A DNA stretch of 64,000 nucleotides, from positions 62,001 through 126,000 of IMG/VR virus record IMGVR_UViG_3300042934_000594, one strand, 5' to 3'. The notes under the pieces were generated by a model. It made no database searches and was not told where the DNA came from. It saw only the letters and a program-made list of their open reading frames with translations. Both the position numbers and the translations under genes were made by a program. Below, piece by piece: positions 8,966-18,857 of this stretch. The first letter of the stretch is position 1. The number at the start of each line of letters is the position of its first letter.

Positions 8966-9362
8966 CATCGCCATCGGCCAACGCTTCAGCTTCGAAACCT
9001 ACTCCCCTGGTCGCCTCGGTAATGGCTTCCAGGACGTCCGTCTCGAAGGTGTCATGTCGGCCCAAATGGCAGCCAACTTTGGCGTCGATATCTACGCACT
9101 GCACCAAAACGTGTACGCCTCGCTTCCTCAAGGCACACCTAATGACCCCACCCAGTATGGTTGGGTCCGTTTCGCCACGCAGTCGGGCGAATATCAGATC
9201 ATCGGCATCCCTTACATCCGCCCAGAAAGCATCATGCTCTCGACCGGCGGTACGTTCAACCTGGTTTTCCAAAACAAAACCGACACCGACCTGCAACGCA
9301 TCATGACCGCACTGTCGGCTAACGGGTACGCCCCGGACGCTGTCAATCGGGCCATGGCGTGA
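8949..9362 (+). CDS. Conserved protein (phiKZ gp49-like)
   Basis: FSFETY..LG..F..V, DIYALHQNVYASLPQGTPNDP and IGIPYI motifs; immediately upstream of the DNA polymerase. Confidence 0.75.
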   Translation: MTTINDIAIGQRFSFETYSPGRLGNGFQDVRLEGVMSAQMAANFGVDIYALHQNVYASLPQGTPNDPTQYGWVRFATQSGEYQIIGIPYIRPESIMLSTGGTFNLVFQNKTDTDLQRIMTALSANGYAPDAVNRAMA

Positions 9363-9418
9363 GAAAAGACTGGGGTCGGTAATGCTTTGTGAAATGCAGT
9401 ATGATGACCCCAAGTTCA

Positions 9419-9448
9419 AGAGCCTCCTTCGGGAGGCTCTCTTTTTTT
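9419..9448 (+). terminator. Rho-independent terminator
   Basis: AGAGCCTCC-TTCG-GGAGGCTCT + CTTTTTTT. Confidence 0.85.
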
Positions 9449-9518
9449 GTCTCGACCTGTAAGTTGAGTAATTACGTCCACGCCCAATGATACACGTAAC
9501 CCTACACGAGTTCTTCAC

Positions 9519-11696
9519 ATGACCGCTCAAGCCCCTCAACTGACCAACCCGTTCTTGGTTCCTGTTGAACACTACGTTCGCGATCTGGACATTATCAGTG
9601 GGTACCTGGCCGATAACAGCCTCTACCTACAACTGATGACAGGTGCGCCTTACACTGAGTGTGAAGCCCTGGTCAAACAAACCGTCCGCCCTGACGGTGA
9701 GTTCGCATTCAAAAACCCTGACGCCCTGATCCTGGACAAAAACCAGTACGGTGATCGGGAACCCAAGAACACCACCTTCATGGGGTTCTTGAACCGTGTC
9801 CAAAAACAAAAGCTTTTGCTCTCGCCTTCGATGGCGGCCTATATGCCCGAAGATCAGCGTGAATCCACCCACGCGGTCTACATCAAAGAAGCCGTAGGAC
9901 GCCGTAAGGTGGCCAAGGGCGAGCAGATGGCGGCCGAACGCGCCAAGAACAAAGAGAAGGCCCTGTTCAAAAAAGGTGAACAGAACAACCTCAAGATCAA
10001 CAACAACTCCTACTCCGGCGGCACGGTGTCCACCGCCACGATCCTGTACTACAAGTCCACGCACTCCTCGTTGACCAGTTGCTGCCGTACAGCCACCTCG
10101 TACGCCAACGCCAACAACGAAAAGTTCATCATGGGCAACCGGCACTATTACAACCCGGAAGTGACCAAGGCGAACCTGCTGTTTATCTGCAACAACGTTG
10201 ACCTGATTGCCATGGCCGACTTGATGCACCACCATCAACTGCATTACCCCACGGTGGAAGAAGTGGTGGAGATGGTGCGTTACTCCACGCCTAACTATTG
10301 GACGGCTGAGGAGCACTTCAAGAAGATCGAGCGCATGGCGCGCGGTATGACGCCGATCCAGCGAGCAGCGGTGATGTACACCGGCGACTTCTACCAGCTG
10401 TCCAAGTACAACCACGATTTCGTCAAGGACTTCTTGTTTGCGTTGTCCGAGAAAGGGGACTTGTCCACTATTCCCAGCGAGGAAGAGTACAAGGGCTACG
10501 GGGACGATGTGCACTTGTTGGCTAACTTCCTGTGCTTCGAAGAAGTACGGGGTCGCGACAAAGGGCAATTGCTCAACGGTGACCCAGAGCAAGACCCGCC
10601 ACTGTTGCCTGAGCCGCAAGTCTATGACCTGGTCAAGTCCACTGCCCACCGGGCGATGACGACCCTGAACCACTACAAGGGTTTCATCCGGGTGTTCTTG
10701 ATGTCCAAGGTCATGCCGCATTCGATCCATGCCTTCCCAACGATCTACCGTAAGGCTGCGGTGATCTCTGACACTGACTCCACGATGTTCACCTTGCAGT
10801 ACTGGGTAGACAAGTACTTCGGCCGGGTGTGTTTCACCCCCGAAGCCAAGCGTGTAGTGTTCTCGATGGTGTTTCTGATCTCTGAAGTGGTGATGCACAT
10901 CCTCGCTCAGCAATCGGCAAACATGGGAGTGGCCTACGGCAAGCTGCGCCTGCTAGCCATGAAGAATGAGTACTACTTCGCGATCCTGGCCTTGACCACC
11001 CGCTCCAAGCACTACTTCGCGTCTCAGGATGCGTTGGAGGGCATCATGTTTGAGATTGCTCGACTGGAAGTCAAAGGGGTGGGGTTGCGAGACTCTAAGG
11101 TCCCGCCCGTGATCAACAAGGCCGCCAAGGAGATGTTCACCGAGATCATCACCAACATCAAGAACGAACAGCCGTTGGATATCCAGGACATCCTTCAGCG
11201 CATCGGCGACTTGGAACGCAAGATCATGGCCTCGGTGCAATCGGGTAGCTTTGAGTTCATGACCACCGGTCAAGTGAAAGCTGCCGACTCCTACAAGTCC
11301 GATGACAACGCCACGTTCAAGCAGTACGAGATGTGGAACACCGTGTTCGGTCCTTTCCTGGGGATGACCAAAGAGCCACCGTACTCGGTGGTAAAGGTTT
11401 CGTTGGGGATCGACAACAAGACGGACTTGGAAGCCTGGTGCAAGCGCATGGGTAACGACGCCTTGGCGTTCAAGCTCAAGAACTACATGGTCGACAACCG
11501 CAAGAAAGACTTCACCACACTGATGATCCCGTACACCATCGTTGAAACCGCTGGGGTACCGAAGGAAATCATTGCCGGTATTGACTTGCGTCGAATGATC
11601 TCCAACACCATGGGGACGTTCTATGTCCTGCTGGAAACCCTGGGGATCTTCCTGATCGACAAGAACAACGTCCGTCTGGTGTCCGACTACTATTAA
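9519..11696 (+). CDS. Family-B DNA polymerase, polymerase half (phiKZ gp50-like)
   Basis: Motif B QNNLKINNNSYSG, motif C ISDTDS, SKHY and EVKGVGL; no exonuclease domain and no motif A. Confidence 0.9.
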   Translation: MTAQAPQLTNPFLVPVEHYVRDLDIISGYLADNSLYLQLMTGAPYTECEALVKQTVRPDGEFAFKNPDALILDKNQYGDREPKNTTFMGFLNRVQKQKLLLSPSMAAYMPEDQRESTHAVYIKEAVGRRKVAKGEQMAAERAKNKEKALFKKGEQNNLKINNNSYSGGTVSTATILYYKSTHSSLTSCCRTATSYANANNEKFIMGNRHYYNPEVTKANLLFICNNVDLIAMADLMHHHQLHYPTVEEVVEMVRYSTPNYWTAEEHFKKIERMARGMTPIQRAAVMYTGDFYQLSKYNHDFVKDFLFALSEKGDLSTIPSEEEYKGYGDDVHLLANFLCFEEVRGRDKGQLLNGDPEQDPPLLPEPQVYDLVKSTAHRAMTTLNHYKGFIRVFLMSKVMPHSIHAFPTIYRKAAVISDTDSTMFTLQYWVDKYFGRVCFTPEAKRVVFSMVFLISEVVMHILAQQSANMGVAYGKLRLLAMKNEYYFAILALTTRSKHYFASQDALEGIMFEIARLEVKGVGLRDSKVPPVINKAAKEMFTEIITNIKNEQPLDIQDILQRIGDLERKIMASVQSGSFEFMTTGQVKAADSYKSDDNATFKQYEMWNTVFGPFLGMTKEPPYSVVKVSLGIDNKTDLEAWCKRMGNDALAFKLKNYMVDNRKKDFTTLMIPYTIVETAGVPKEIIAGIDLRRMISNTMGTFYVLLETLGIFLIDKNNVRLVSDYY

Positions 11697-11704
11697 GGTG
11701 CGGT

Positions 11705-12025
11705 ATGGAAACGCTGTTTAGAACGGTGGTCGTGGCGGGTGACCAACCCTTGCAACACGTCCGCACAACGGTGGGTGGCGGTTTCGTCCTCATCGCTGCG
11801 GACTTGAACGATCTGTTCACCCGGCTTGAAGACGTCGATCGTCACGTCTTTAACGAACTGAATGCTCGGCGGCATGAGGTGGTGATGCATGTGCCTCCAG
11901 CAGCGCCCGTGACGCTGCACTTCGAACCTGGCGAACGACTGTCTGTCGTGTCCTGGGCTAACGTCAACGACGTCTACACGCTCACACGCGGCCTTGAGGA
12001 GGGTCATCTCAATGGAGGTTGGTAA
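11705..12025 (+). CDS. Hypothetical protein
   Basis: 106 aa, AAGGTG RBS, follows the polymerase stop. Confidence 0.65.
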   Translation: METLFRTVVVAGDQPLQHVRTTVGGGFVLIAADLNDLFTRLEDVDRHVFNELNARRHEVVMHVPPAAPVTLHFEPGERLSVVSWANVNDVYTLTRGLEEGHLNGGW

Positions 12026-12641
12026 AGAACACATTGTGGACTACCACGTCCAGGATCTGGAGAACGGTGGGTACAAGCACGAACGCGTGCTGTACTACCG
12101 CGGTAACCCAACACCTGAACTCCCCGCGTATGAGTGGCGTGACCCCACCCTGGTACGACTACGCCTGAGGCAGTTAGCGGACTTGACGCGTCGCTTAATG
12201 GCCACCGCCCAATTCCGGCAAACGGGCAAGACGCACTTTATGGCCCAAGCCCATGCGGCATTGGACCGTGAGATTCGTGAGACGGTGGCTCTACTTCCCC
12301 GTGAGGAAGAGCCGCCGGCGTACCGCTGGGGTGAGACGCCGGTTTCGCCACTGGACCCATTCCATTACCCGTCGTACCGCTTTCAAGCCCGGACGCAGGG
12401 CAAGTCGGTCAGTATGGAAACGATGCTGAACCAGGGTCGCCAATTGGCCCTGGTAGACTATTTGAACTGGGACATTAAGGCCCTGCGCAAACAACTGCGG
12501 GAATGGACCGCCCAGCAAAAGCTGCAAGCCCGTATCCCCAAGGTGCGCTTCATCGGCATCACCGATCGGAGTAGCCCTAACCCTCCCCCGTACCCAGCTC
12601 GGCAGGGGATCGCCCCCTTCCCTGAGAAGGGGCCTTGGTAA
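12012..12641 (+). CDS. Hypothetical protein
   Basis: ATG 12012 with GAGGAGG upstream. Confidence 0.65.
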   Translation: MEVGKEHIVDYHVQDLENGGYKHERVLYYRGNPTPELPAYEWRDPTLVRLRLRQLADLTRRLMATAQFRQTGKTHFMAQAHAALDREIRETVALLPREEEPPAYRWGETPVSPLDPFHYPSYRFQARTQGKSVSMETMLNQGRQLALVDYLNWDIKALRKQLREWTAQQKLQARIPKVRFIGITDRSSPNPPPYPARQGIAPFPEKGPW

Positions 12642-12663
12642 CCTCACCACCCGGACTAAAACC

Positions 12664-13197
12664 ATGAAAGAGAACCACGAACGGCATGAGGTGCATCTCA
12701 GTACTGAGGTGTACGAAACCTTGGTACGGTTGGCTCGAGTGGGGGCTGCCACGCAGAACCGCACGACCAGCAAGTTGGAGCGTCACGCCCGTAAGTTCAA
12801 CAGCGTGTTGCGCGGTTGGCGCAAAGCCGAAGTCCAGGCCGGTGCCACGATACACAAAGAAAACCGTGAAGCAGTCAAGCGGTGGTTGCGTGAGTACGCC
12901 GGTAAGGAAATCTTCTGCCTGGTGGCCGAAGGTGTGATGGCGCCCTGTAAGCTGTTGTCCCGAGGTGGGCAGGGTGTGGCATCGGTGGCCGTACGCATGA
13001 CGCGCAATAACCAATGCGTGGTGGCCCATGTCAACGACTTACGTAAAGAGGTACCCAATGACTACCGCTGTAATTACGATGCCACCGCTTACCCGGGGTG
13101 TTTCTTCAGTCCAGAGAAAGCAGAAGTGTACCGCCGTCATTACACGGTGAAACTGGACACCCGCCTGCCCGTTGGGATGCTAGGCAGACTCCAGTGA
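12664..13197 (+). CDS. Hypothetical basic protein
   Basis: 177 aa, ends at a bidirectional hairpin. Confidence 0.65.
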   Translation: MKENHERHEVHLSTEVYETLVRLARVGAATQNRTTSKLERHARKFNSVLRGWRKAEVQAGATIHKENREAVKRWLREYAGKEIFCLVAEGVMAPCKLLSRGGQGVASVAVRMTRNNQCVVAHVNDLRKEVPNDYRCNYDATAYPGCFFSPEKAEVYRRHYTVKLDTRLPVGMLGRLQ

Positions 13198-13200
13198 AAA

Positions 13201-13238
13201 CGACATAAACGCCCTCCTTAAAGGAGGGCGCTATGCCG
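13201..13238. terminator. Bidirectional hairpin CGACATA...TATGCCG
   Basis: CGACATA-aa-CGCCCTCCT-TAA-AGGAGGGCG-c-TATGCCG between convergent genes. Confidence 0.8.
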
Positions 13239-13239
13239 G

Positions 13240-14319
13240 CTATTTCATTTGGGCGATCAGGGCGTCAATCTGCTCTTTGTACTTGGTGACTAACTCGCTG
13301 CTGCCGACGCTGCCAAACAGGCTGTCCCGACGACTTTCAAGCAAGGTGACCAAGACTTCGTTCATTTGTGAACGGTCCGTACCCGGGGCCTTCAGACACG
13401 TTTGAACCAGGTACTTAACAAACGGTAGGCGTGCAATGCACAGTGCCCACTCGTTGGCCCGGGTCACCGGTTGCTTGGGAAGCTCCATGACTTGAAACAG
13501 GTTGTCCTTGACGATCATGGGTGTGGCCCAGGCCAAACGTTCCAGATCTTCAGTCCGGGCAATGGACTGTTCGTTGATCTTGCGACCTACCGAGTCCAAG
13601 CGTGGCGACATGTCGGTCAAGTAGAAGGGGTGTGGCAACGGCAACGCTGGATTACCCACCCCCGCCGCGTCACGGGACAAGCGATTAAAGAACGCAATGT
13701 CCAGGTACGAACTGATGGCATTGGGCAATACGTAGCCACCAATAAAGCGGTACACCGAATCCTTGGTCCCGTCTTCTCGCTTGGCCTGGTTGCGTAACCA
13801 ATGGCGGTACTGCACTGCCAGCATGGCAATGTTGATCACACTCACCCCGTACCCTTTACCCGGGGTCTTGTTGTTGAGCACCGGTAGGTTCACGTCCACT
13901 CGGGTGTGGTAGAGGTAACGCAATGGCTGTAGATCCCGCCAGGTGCGTTTGAGCAGCTTAAGGTCAAACGCCTCAAAGGTGGCCAGTACCACTTCCTGGC
14001 ACCCCGCCCCTAACGTCACACCTTGTTCGTGGATCTTTCCTTTATACACACTGCCCGTCAACCCCAGGGTGCGAATCAGTGGTTCCGCCACGTCTTCGAT
14101 GTAACGCACGTAAGCGTTGTCATCCAAGTCAAAGCGCTGAGGCAGATGCGTCAACAGTTGCCCGAACAAGTTACTGGCATCAACATGCTTAGGTGCCCGG
14201 TGGTAATACTGCTCCACGTCGTTGATCAAGCCAGCGTACGTACGACGGATATAGACCAACTCGCCGTAGTTGTAGACCCCTGCCATGCGCGCTGGTTTGT
14301 TACGAAAGAGGGAGTACAT
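13240..14319 (-). CDS. Conserved protein (phiKZ gp52-like, virion-associated)
   Basis: MYSLF start; INIAMLAVQYRHW, YVLPN, SYLDIAFFNRL and WAL.IARLP motifs; antisense between the polymerase and chmA as in phiKZ. Confidence 0.75.
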   Translation of the reverse strand: MYSLFRNKPARMAGVYNYGELVYIRRTYAGLINDVEQYYHRAPKHVDASNLFGQLLTHLPQRFDLDDNAYVRYIEDVAEPLIRTLGLTGSVYKGKIHEQGVTLGAGCQEVVLATFEAFDLKLLKRTWRDLQPLRYLYHTRVDVNLPVLNNKTPGKGYGVSVINIAMLAVQYRHWLRNQAKREDGTKDSVYRFIGGYVLPNAISSYLDIAFFNRLSRDAAGVGNPALPLPHPFYLTDMSPRLDSVGRKINEQSIARTEDLERLAWATPMIVKDNLFQVMELPKQPVTRANEWALCIARLPFVKYLVQTCLKAPGTDRSQMNEVLVTLLESRRDSLFGSVGSSELVTKYKEQIDALIAQMK

Positions 14320-14345
14320 GGTCACCGGCCTATATTGAAAGATAA

Positions 14346-14368
14346 TTAGAGACTATATCATCAACGTG
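14346..14368 (+). promoter_or_regulatory. Putative early (virion-RNAP) promoter
   Basis: TTAGAGA-CTATATCAT-CAAC-GTG. Confidence 0.7.
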
Positions 14369-14400
14369 TATTAACCCATACCTGATAAAAGGAGTCCTCC

Positions 14401-15192
14401 GTGAGTAAAGAAATTCATAACGCCTTGGCAGTGATTGAAGAACAGCTGCGCCTTATTCGCACAGAACTAGCTGCCCAGGAACATCCAGCAAACGAACCCA
14501 CCGGTCCTGCCATCTTGCGCAGCTTGGACTTCAGTGCCCTGGTGCCACAGCCGTTGATGGTGAACTTTGTGGCCACCACGGCGGAAAACCCACGCGAGAC
14601 CGTCGTTGAAGCATACTGGGTCCCGCCCTCTGCCAACAACGAATTCATCGAGGGCTTCTTCCAGAGTACCGAAGAACGCCTTGCACAAATGCGTCAGCAA
14701 CATCCCGAAGCTACGATCGTGATGAAGTGGTCCAAGGTTCAACCTCACCACCGTGAACTGCTGATGAAGCGTTACGGGAAAGTCGATCTGCTGATCCCAG
14801 GTGAAGCGTACAACCCGTTCGAGCAACCCGGTCGTCCTGGTTGGTTGGATGTGCGCCCTTGCGGCGGGTGGCCCAACAGCGTGGACAACGGTCCGGGTGT
14901 GAACTTCTACATCGAAGGTCAGCTGCACACCACCATCCCGCTGTACCCAGTCCCGGAAACGGACGGCATCGGCGAATGGCTGCAAGCGGTGGCCGCTGCG
15001 TACACCCAGCTGGTTGAGCAATACGGCAACACTGATGTGGAAGGTCGTTGGCACAACCTCACCGACGCTATCCGTGAGGTGATCAAATCGACAGGCTATG
15101 CCGACATGGCCTTCGAAGAAGAAACGTTGGACTCCACTCATGCCGCCAGCCCTGAGTACCTGTTCGACGCCGAAGTCAAACCGAAAGAATAA
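14401..15192 (+). CDS. Hypothetical early protein with an internal duplication
   Basis: GTG with AAGGAG RBS; two similar ~70-aa segments. Confidence 0.8.
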   Translation: MSKEIHNALAVIEEQLRLIRTELAAQEHPANEPTGPAILRSLDFSALVPQPLMVNFVATTAENPRETVVEAYWVPPSANNEFIEGFFQSTEERLAQMRQQHPEATIVMKWSKVQPHHRELLMKRYGKVDLLIPGEAYNPFEQPGRPGWLDVRPCGGWPNSVDNGPGVNFYIEGQLHTTIPLYPVPETDGIGEWLQAVAAAYTQLVEQYGNTDVEGRWHNLTDAIREVIKSTGYADMAFEEETLDSTHAASPEYLFDAEVKPKE

Positions 15193-15349
15193 AAGAAATA
15201 CTGGATGTATCACTATATGTGCAGATTAACGTCAGCCACCCCCCGACCTTTATGGCGGATCATGACGTATAGTGTAAAGTTTCGTAAAACCGCAATACCC
15301 AACCCGACAGAAGCGCAGTGCTCATTGATCAACCTAAATTAGAAATAAC

Positions 15350-15372
15350 TTGGGAACTATATCACTTGAGTG
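15350..15372 (+). promoter_or_regulatory. Putative early promoter of chmA
   Basis: TTGGGAA-CTATATCAC-TTGA-GTG, 60 nt upstream of the ATG. Confidence 0.7.
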
Positions 15373-15432
15373 AGACCAGTAGCGGTAGTGCTGCGGCTTC
15401 CACATATACCCTCGTAAAAGGAAAATCGTAAC

Positions 15433-17325
15433 ATGGCAATCGAAGATAGCGAAAACGGCACCACCCAACAGCCACAGGGCAACCAGCAGTCCAACGCTGG
15501 TCAACAGCCACAAGGCGGCGCATACGCCGGTGGTTTCAACGCACAACAGCAGCCACAGGCCAACCCAGGTCTGGGTAGCCTGAACCGTTTGCTGCAACGT
15601 TCGGGTAACTTCGATGGTTCCGAAGGCCGTAGCGCCGAAGCCGTCAAAGCCCTGACCGAAGTCGGTAAGAAAGCCGTTGACGCACAGACCCTGTCTGGCG
15701 ACTACGAGCTGGTTCGTTTCGACCGCGAAGCCAACCGCGTGGGTATCAGCGCTCTGCTGGTGATGAAGACCGTCAAGAACGCCGGTAAAGTGTTTGCCAT
15801 CGTGCGTCCATTGCTGCTGAGCACCGACGCCGTCAAACTCAAGCCTCGCGTCCTGCAACTGGGCCACGAGCGCATCGAAGTGCCGGCGCGTCCTCAAGAC
15901 GTCTACAACGACACCTACTGGACTCGCATCACCGAGTTCCTGGGCCGCAAGATCGGCATCGCCGACCTGCAAGTTGCTGACGCCGGTCCTCTGGACATCC
16001 CATCCGACTTCTCCTTCCAGGACGAAGGCAAAGTGGCCGAGCTGTTGATCCAGTCCGTGAACCGTTGCGACGACGTCAAGGGCAAGATCATCGGCGAGCA
16101 GCCGTTCACCGTTCAGGCAGTCAAGACCGCTGACGAATACCTGTCGGCTCGTCTGGACTTCAGCGCCCTGCCTCAGGTTGACCTGGTCGGTCACCCAGTG
16201 CGTAGCGACATCGTCGTTACCATGAACCGCGGCAACAAGACCAACCAGGCGGCTGAGCAGGACTTCTACGACGCCGAGACCAGCTTCAACAGCGTCTCCG
16301 GTTTCGTGAACCTGGAATACACCCCGCCACAGCAGCAGCAAATGCCACAGTGGGGTCAGCCTCCTGTGACTCAGCTGTTCACCCCGACCTTCGTGATCAC
16401 TCAGGTCAAGCAGGCTCCGTGGATCCAGGCGAACACCCTGGAGCTGTACATGCTGGCCATCAGCAACGCCTACCGCGTTACTGCCGGTACTTCGTGGGCT
16501 CGCGCTTTCCTCCCAGGTCTGGGTGCGAAGAACGATCCGCGTGACATCGGCGCGCTGGGCTACATGGCTGGTCAGAATGGTGCTGCGGGCCAGAAGATCA
16601 AGACCAAGGGCGAAAGCTTCAAGGACAGCGATTTCGTTGAACTGATGACCACTCTGGTCAAGCCGAACCCGACCTTCCTGATCGACGTCAACCCGCTGGG
16701 CGAAAACGCAGCGATCGAGAACATCCTTATCGACGCGGCCGGTGGCGTGAACTCCGACAAGGCAACGACTGCGCTGGTACTGGCAGCCAACCGCCTGACC
16801 GGTAACAAGTTCAGCGACTTCTTCGACCACACCAAGTTCAAGATCTGCGTGCCGTACGGCGTAGACGTGCACCTGGGCTACTACATCGACGAACACAGCG
16901 AGAAGCGCGACATCCGCGACCTCGACGTGCTGGCGATGCTGAACGCCACTCAGGGCAACGTGCAGGAGTTCATGAACTGGTACCGCACCATGTGCGACAC
17001 CACCATCCTGAACGAACTGCGTCTGAAGCAGCGTGAAGGCTTCGAGCGTCAGTACCTGGCAAACAACCTGGTCATCACTGGCCGTGGTACTCGCCTGTTG
17101 CTGACTCCTCAGTTCATCGAAGCATTGGACAAGTCTACCCAGGCTGCCGGCGTCAACGTCAGCATGGAAAACCTGACCACCGTCTTCGGTGCACAGCGCT
17201 TCGCCGGCAACCAGCTGGTCGGTCAGTACGCCGTTTCGGGTGCTGCGTCGATGAACCTGGCGGGCCAAAACCAACAGAACACCTACACCACCGGTGCAGT
17301 GACTTCTGGCGGTCGCATTTACTAA
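15433..17325 (+). CDS. chmA: Chimallin, major phage-nucleus shell protein (phiKZ gp54-like)
   Basis: 630 aa; QDVYNDTYW, GHPVRSD, VSGFVNLEY, WARAFLP, DIGAL, RDIRDLDVLAMLN and GAQRFAGN motifs; strong highly-expressed codon bias; directly upstream of the nvRNAP beta' gene. Confidence 0.92.
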   Translation: MAIEDSENGTTQQPQGNQQSNAGQQPQGGAYAGGFNAQQQPQANPGLGSLNRLLQRSGNFDGSEGRSAEAVKALTEVGKKAVDAQTLSGDYELVRFDREANRVGISALLVMKTVKNAGKVFAIVRPLLLSTDAVKLKPRVLQLGHERIEVPARPQDVYNDTYWTRITEFLGRKIGIADLQVADAGPLDIPSDFSFQDEGKVAELLIQSVNRCDDVKGKIIGEQPFTVQAVKTADEYLSARLDFSALPQVDLVGHPVRSDIVVTMNRGNKTNQAAEQDFYDAETSFNSVSGFVNLEYTPPQQQQMPQWGQPPVTQLFTPTFVITQVKQAPWIQANTLELYMLAISNAYRVTAGTSWARAFLPGLGAKNDPRDIGALGYMAGQNGAAGQKIKTKGESFKDSDFVELMTTLVKPNPTFLIDVNPLGENAAIENILIDAAGGVNSDKATTALVLAANRLTGNKFSDFFDHTKFKICVPYGVDVHLGYYIDEHSEKRDIRDLDVLAMLNATQGNVQEFMNWYRTMCDTTILNELRLKQREGFERQYLANNLVITGRGTRLLLTPQFIEALDKSTQAAGVNVSMENLTTVFGAQRFAGNQLVGQYAVSGAASMNLAGQNQQNTYTTGAVTSGGRIY

Positions 17326-17341
17326 GTACGACTGTGGTTAG

Positions 17342-17371
17342 AGAGAGCCCCTGCGGGGGCTCTCTTTTTTT
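17342..17371 (+). terminator. Rho-independent terminator after chmA
   Basis: AGAGAGCCCC-TGCG-GGGGCTCTCT + T6. Confidence 0.85.
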
Positions 17372-17398
17372 GTCCTGCAACCAAGGAGGCAACTGTCC

Positions 17399-18850
17399 AT
17401 GGGCATTCACGCTCAGCTGGTCGACTTCGATGCCGAGTTCGCCAAGCTCTCGTATGAGCCAGTGCTGGTCAACGACTTCGACACCAGTATTGCCGAACAG
17501 AAAGAAGAGTTCGAGCGCCATCTGTATTCGCATTACAAGGACTCTGAATCCATTGAAGATTCGGCGTCGTGTGATTGCAGGCACACCAAAACCGTGCAGT
17601 TGCTCGGGGTGGTGTGTGAGTTGTGTGGCACCCCGGTGGTCAGCACCACCGATCGCCCAATCGTTCCGAGCATGTGGATCGCAGCGCCTGATGGTGTGAA
17701 GGGTCTGGTGTCCCCGGAAGTGTGGATCATGTTGGAAACGGCCTTGAGCGTTAAGGAGTTTAACTTCTTAGAGTTCCTGACCAACACCACGTATCGTTAC
17801 GACCTGGATCACATCACGTCTAAAGAGACGCGGCGTAAGCTGGATCGTTTGCTGGCCAAGAACTTCCCCCGTGGCCTGAACAACTTCATCACCAACTTTG
17901 ATGAGATTGTTGAGTTCCTGTTCAGCGCAAACATCATCGACACCAACAAGAATGACCTGTACCAGTTCATTCAGCGTAACAAGCATCTGTTCTTCCCCAA
18001 GTACCTGCCGATCCCCTCGAAGATTTGTTTCGTGGTGGAATCGACCACCTCCGGCGTCTACATCGACAAACCTATTGCAGCAGCTATTGATGCGGCCTTG
18101 ACTATTGTCTCGATCCGCAGCACCGCTTATGCCCTCAAGCCCGCGGTAGTTCAGAACCGGGTGGTGAAGTCGCTCAAGTCGTTGGCGTTGTTCCATGAAG
18201 TCTACGACCGTACCCGTCTGGCCCGTAAGCCTGGGTTGTTCCGTCGACACGTGTTTGGCAGTCGTTTGCACTTCACCGCCCGTGGCGTGATCACCAGTAT
18301 CTCCGATCCACACGAGTACGATGAGCTGCATGTACCGTGGGGTATTGCGACACAGTTGCTCAAGTACCACTTGGTCAACAAGCTGATGAAGCGTGGCCGT
18401 ACAGCGTCTGAAGCGCTGGCGTTTGTGTACAGCCACGTGCTGCGGTATAACGAAGAGCTCGATGAGATCTTCAAGGAGCTGATTGCCGAAGCCCCTGAGA
18501 AAGGCATCGCGGTCACGTTGCACCGGAACCCAACGTTGCAGCGCGGTTCCACGCAACTGTTCTACGTCACGCGAATCAAACCGCGCGTCAGTGACAACAC
18601 CATCGGCATGTCCGTGATCTGTCTGCGGGCACCGAACGCTGACTTCGACGGCGACCAGTTGAACATGACTCTGATCCTCGACAACGAGTTGACGAACGCC
18701 ATGAAACGACTGGCCCCACATCTGTGGGTGATGTCGTTGGAAGAACCGCACGAAATCTCAGGTAACCTGGAACTCCAGGGTCCTGTAGTGGAAACGGTGG
18801 TCAACTGGTTGCACGAAGATTACCTTCCACCGCTACAAGTCGCCTCGTGA
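17399..18850 (+). CDS. Non-virion RNA polymerase beta' N-terminal/catalytic subunit (phiKZ gp55-56.1-like)
   Basis: CDC...CELC zinc finger, KPGLFRRHVFGSR, HRNPTL, catalytic APNADFDGDQ. Confidence 0.93.
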   Translation: MGIHAQLVDFDAEFAKLSYEPVLVNDFDTSIAEQKEEFERHLYSHYKDSESIEDSASCDCRHTKTVQLLGVVCELCGTPVVSTTDRPIVPSMWIAAPDGVKGLVSPEVWIMLETALSVKEFNFLEFLTNTTYRYDLDHITSKETRRKLDRLLAKNFPRGLNNFITNFDEIVEFLFSANIIDTNKNDLYQFIQRNKHLFFPKYLPIPSKICFVVESTTSGVYIDKPIAAAIDAALTIVSIRSTAYALKPAVVQNRVVKSLKSLALFHEVYDRTRLARKPGLFRRHVFGSRLHFTARGVITSISDPHEYDELHVPWGIATQLLKYHLVNKLMKRGRTASEALAFVYSHVLRYNEELDEIFKELIAEAPEKGIAVTLHRNPTLQRGSTQLFYVTRIKPRVSDNTIGMSVICLRAPNADFDGDQLNMTLILDNELTNAMKRLAPHLWVMSLEEPHEISGNLELQGPVVETVVNWLHEDYLPPLQVAS

Positions 18851-18857
18851 GGTAAGT

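Noticed and set aside
15334-17274. 646-aa antisense ORF over chmA (similar shadow ORFs at 36461..38299, 40569..42521, 24767..26161, 55479..56882 and 9627..10913)
   Set aside because: These mirror strongly codon-biased sense genes in register, have no RBS and no recognisable motifs.
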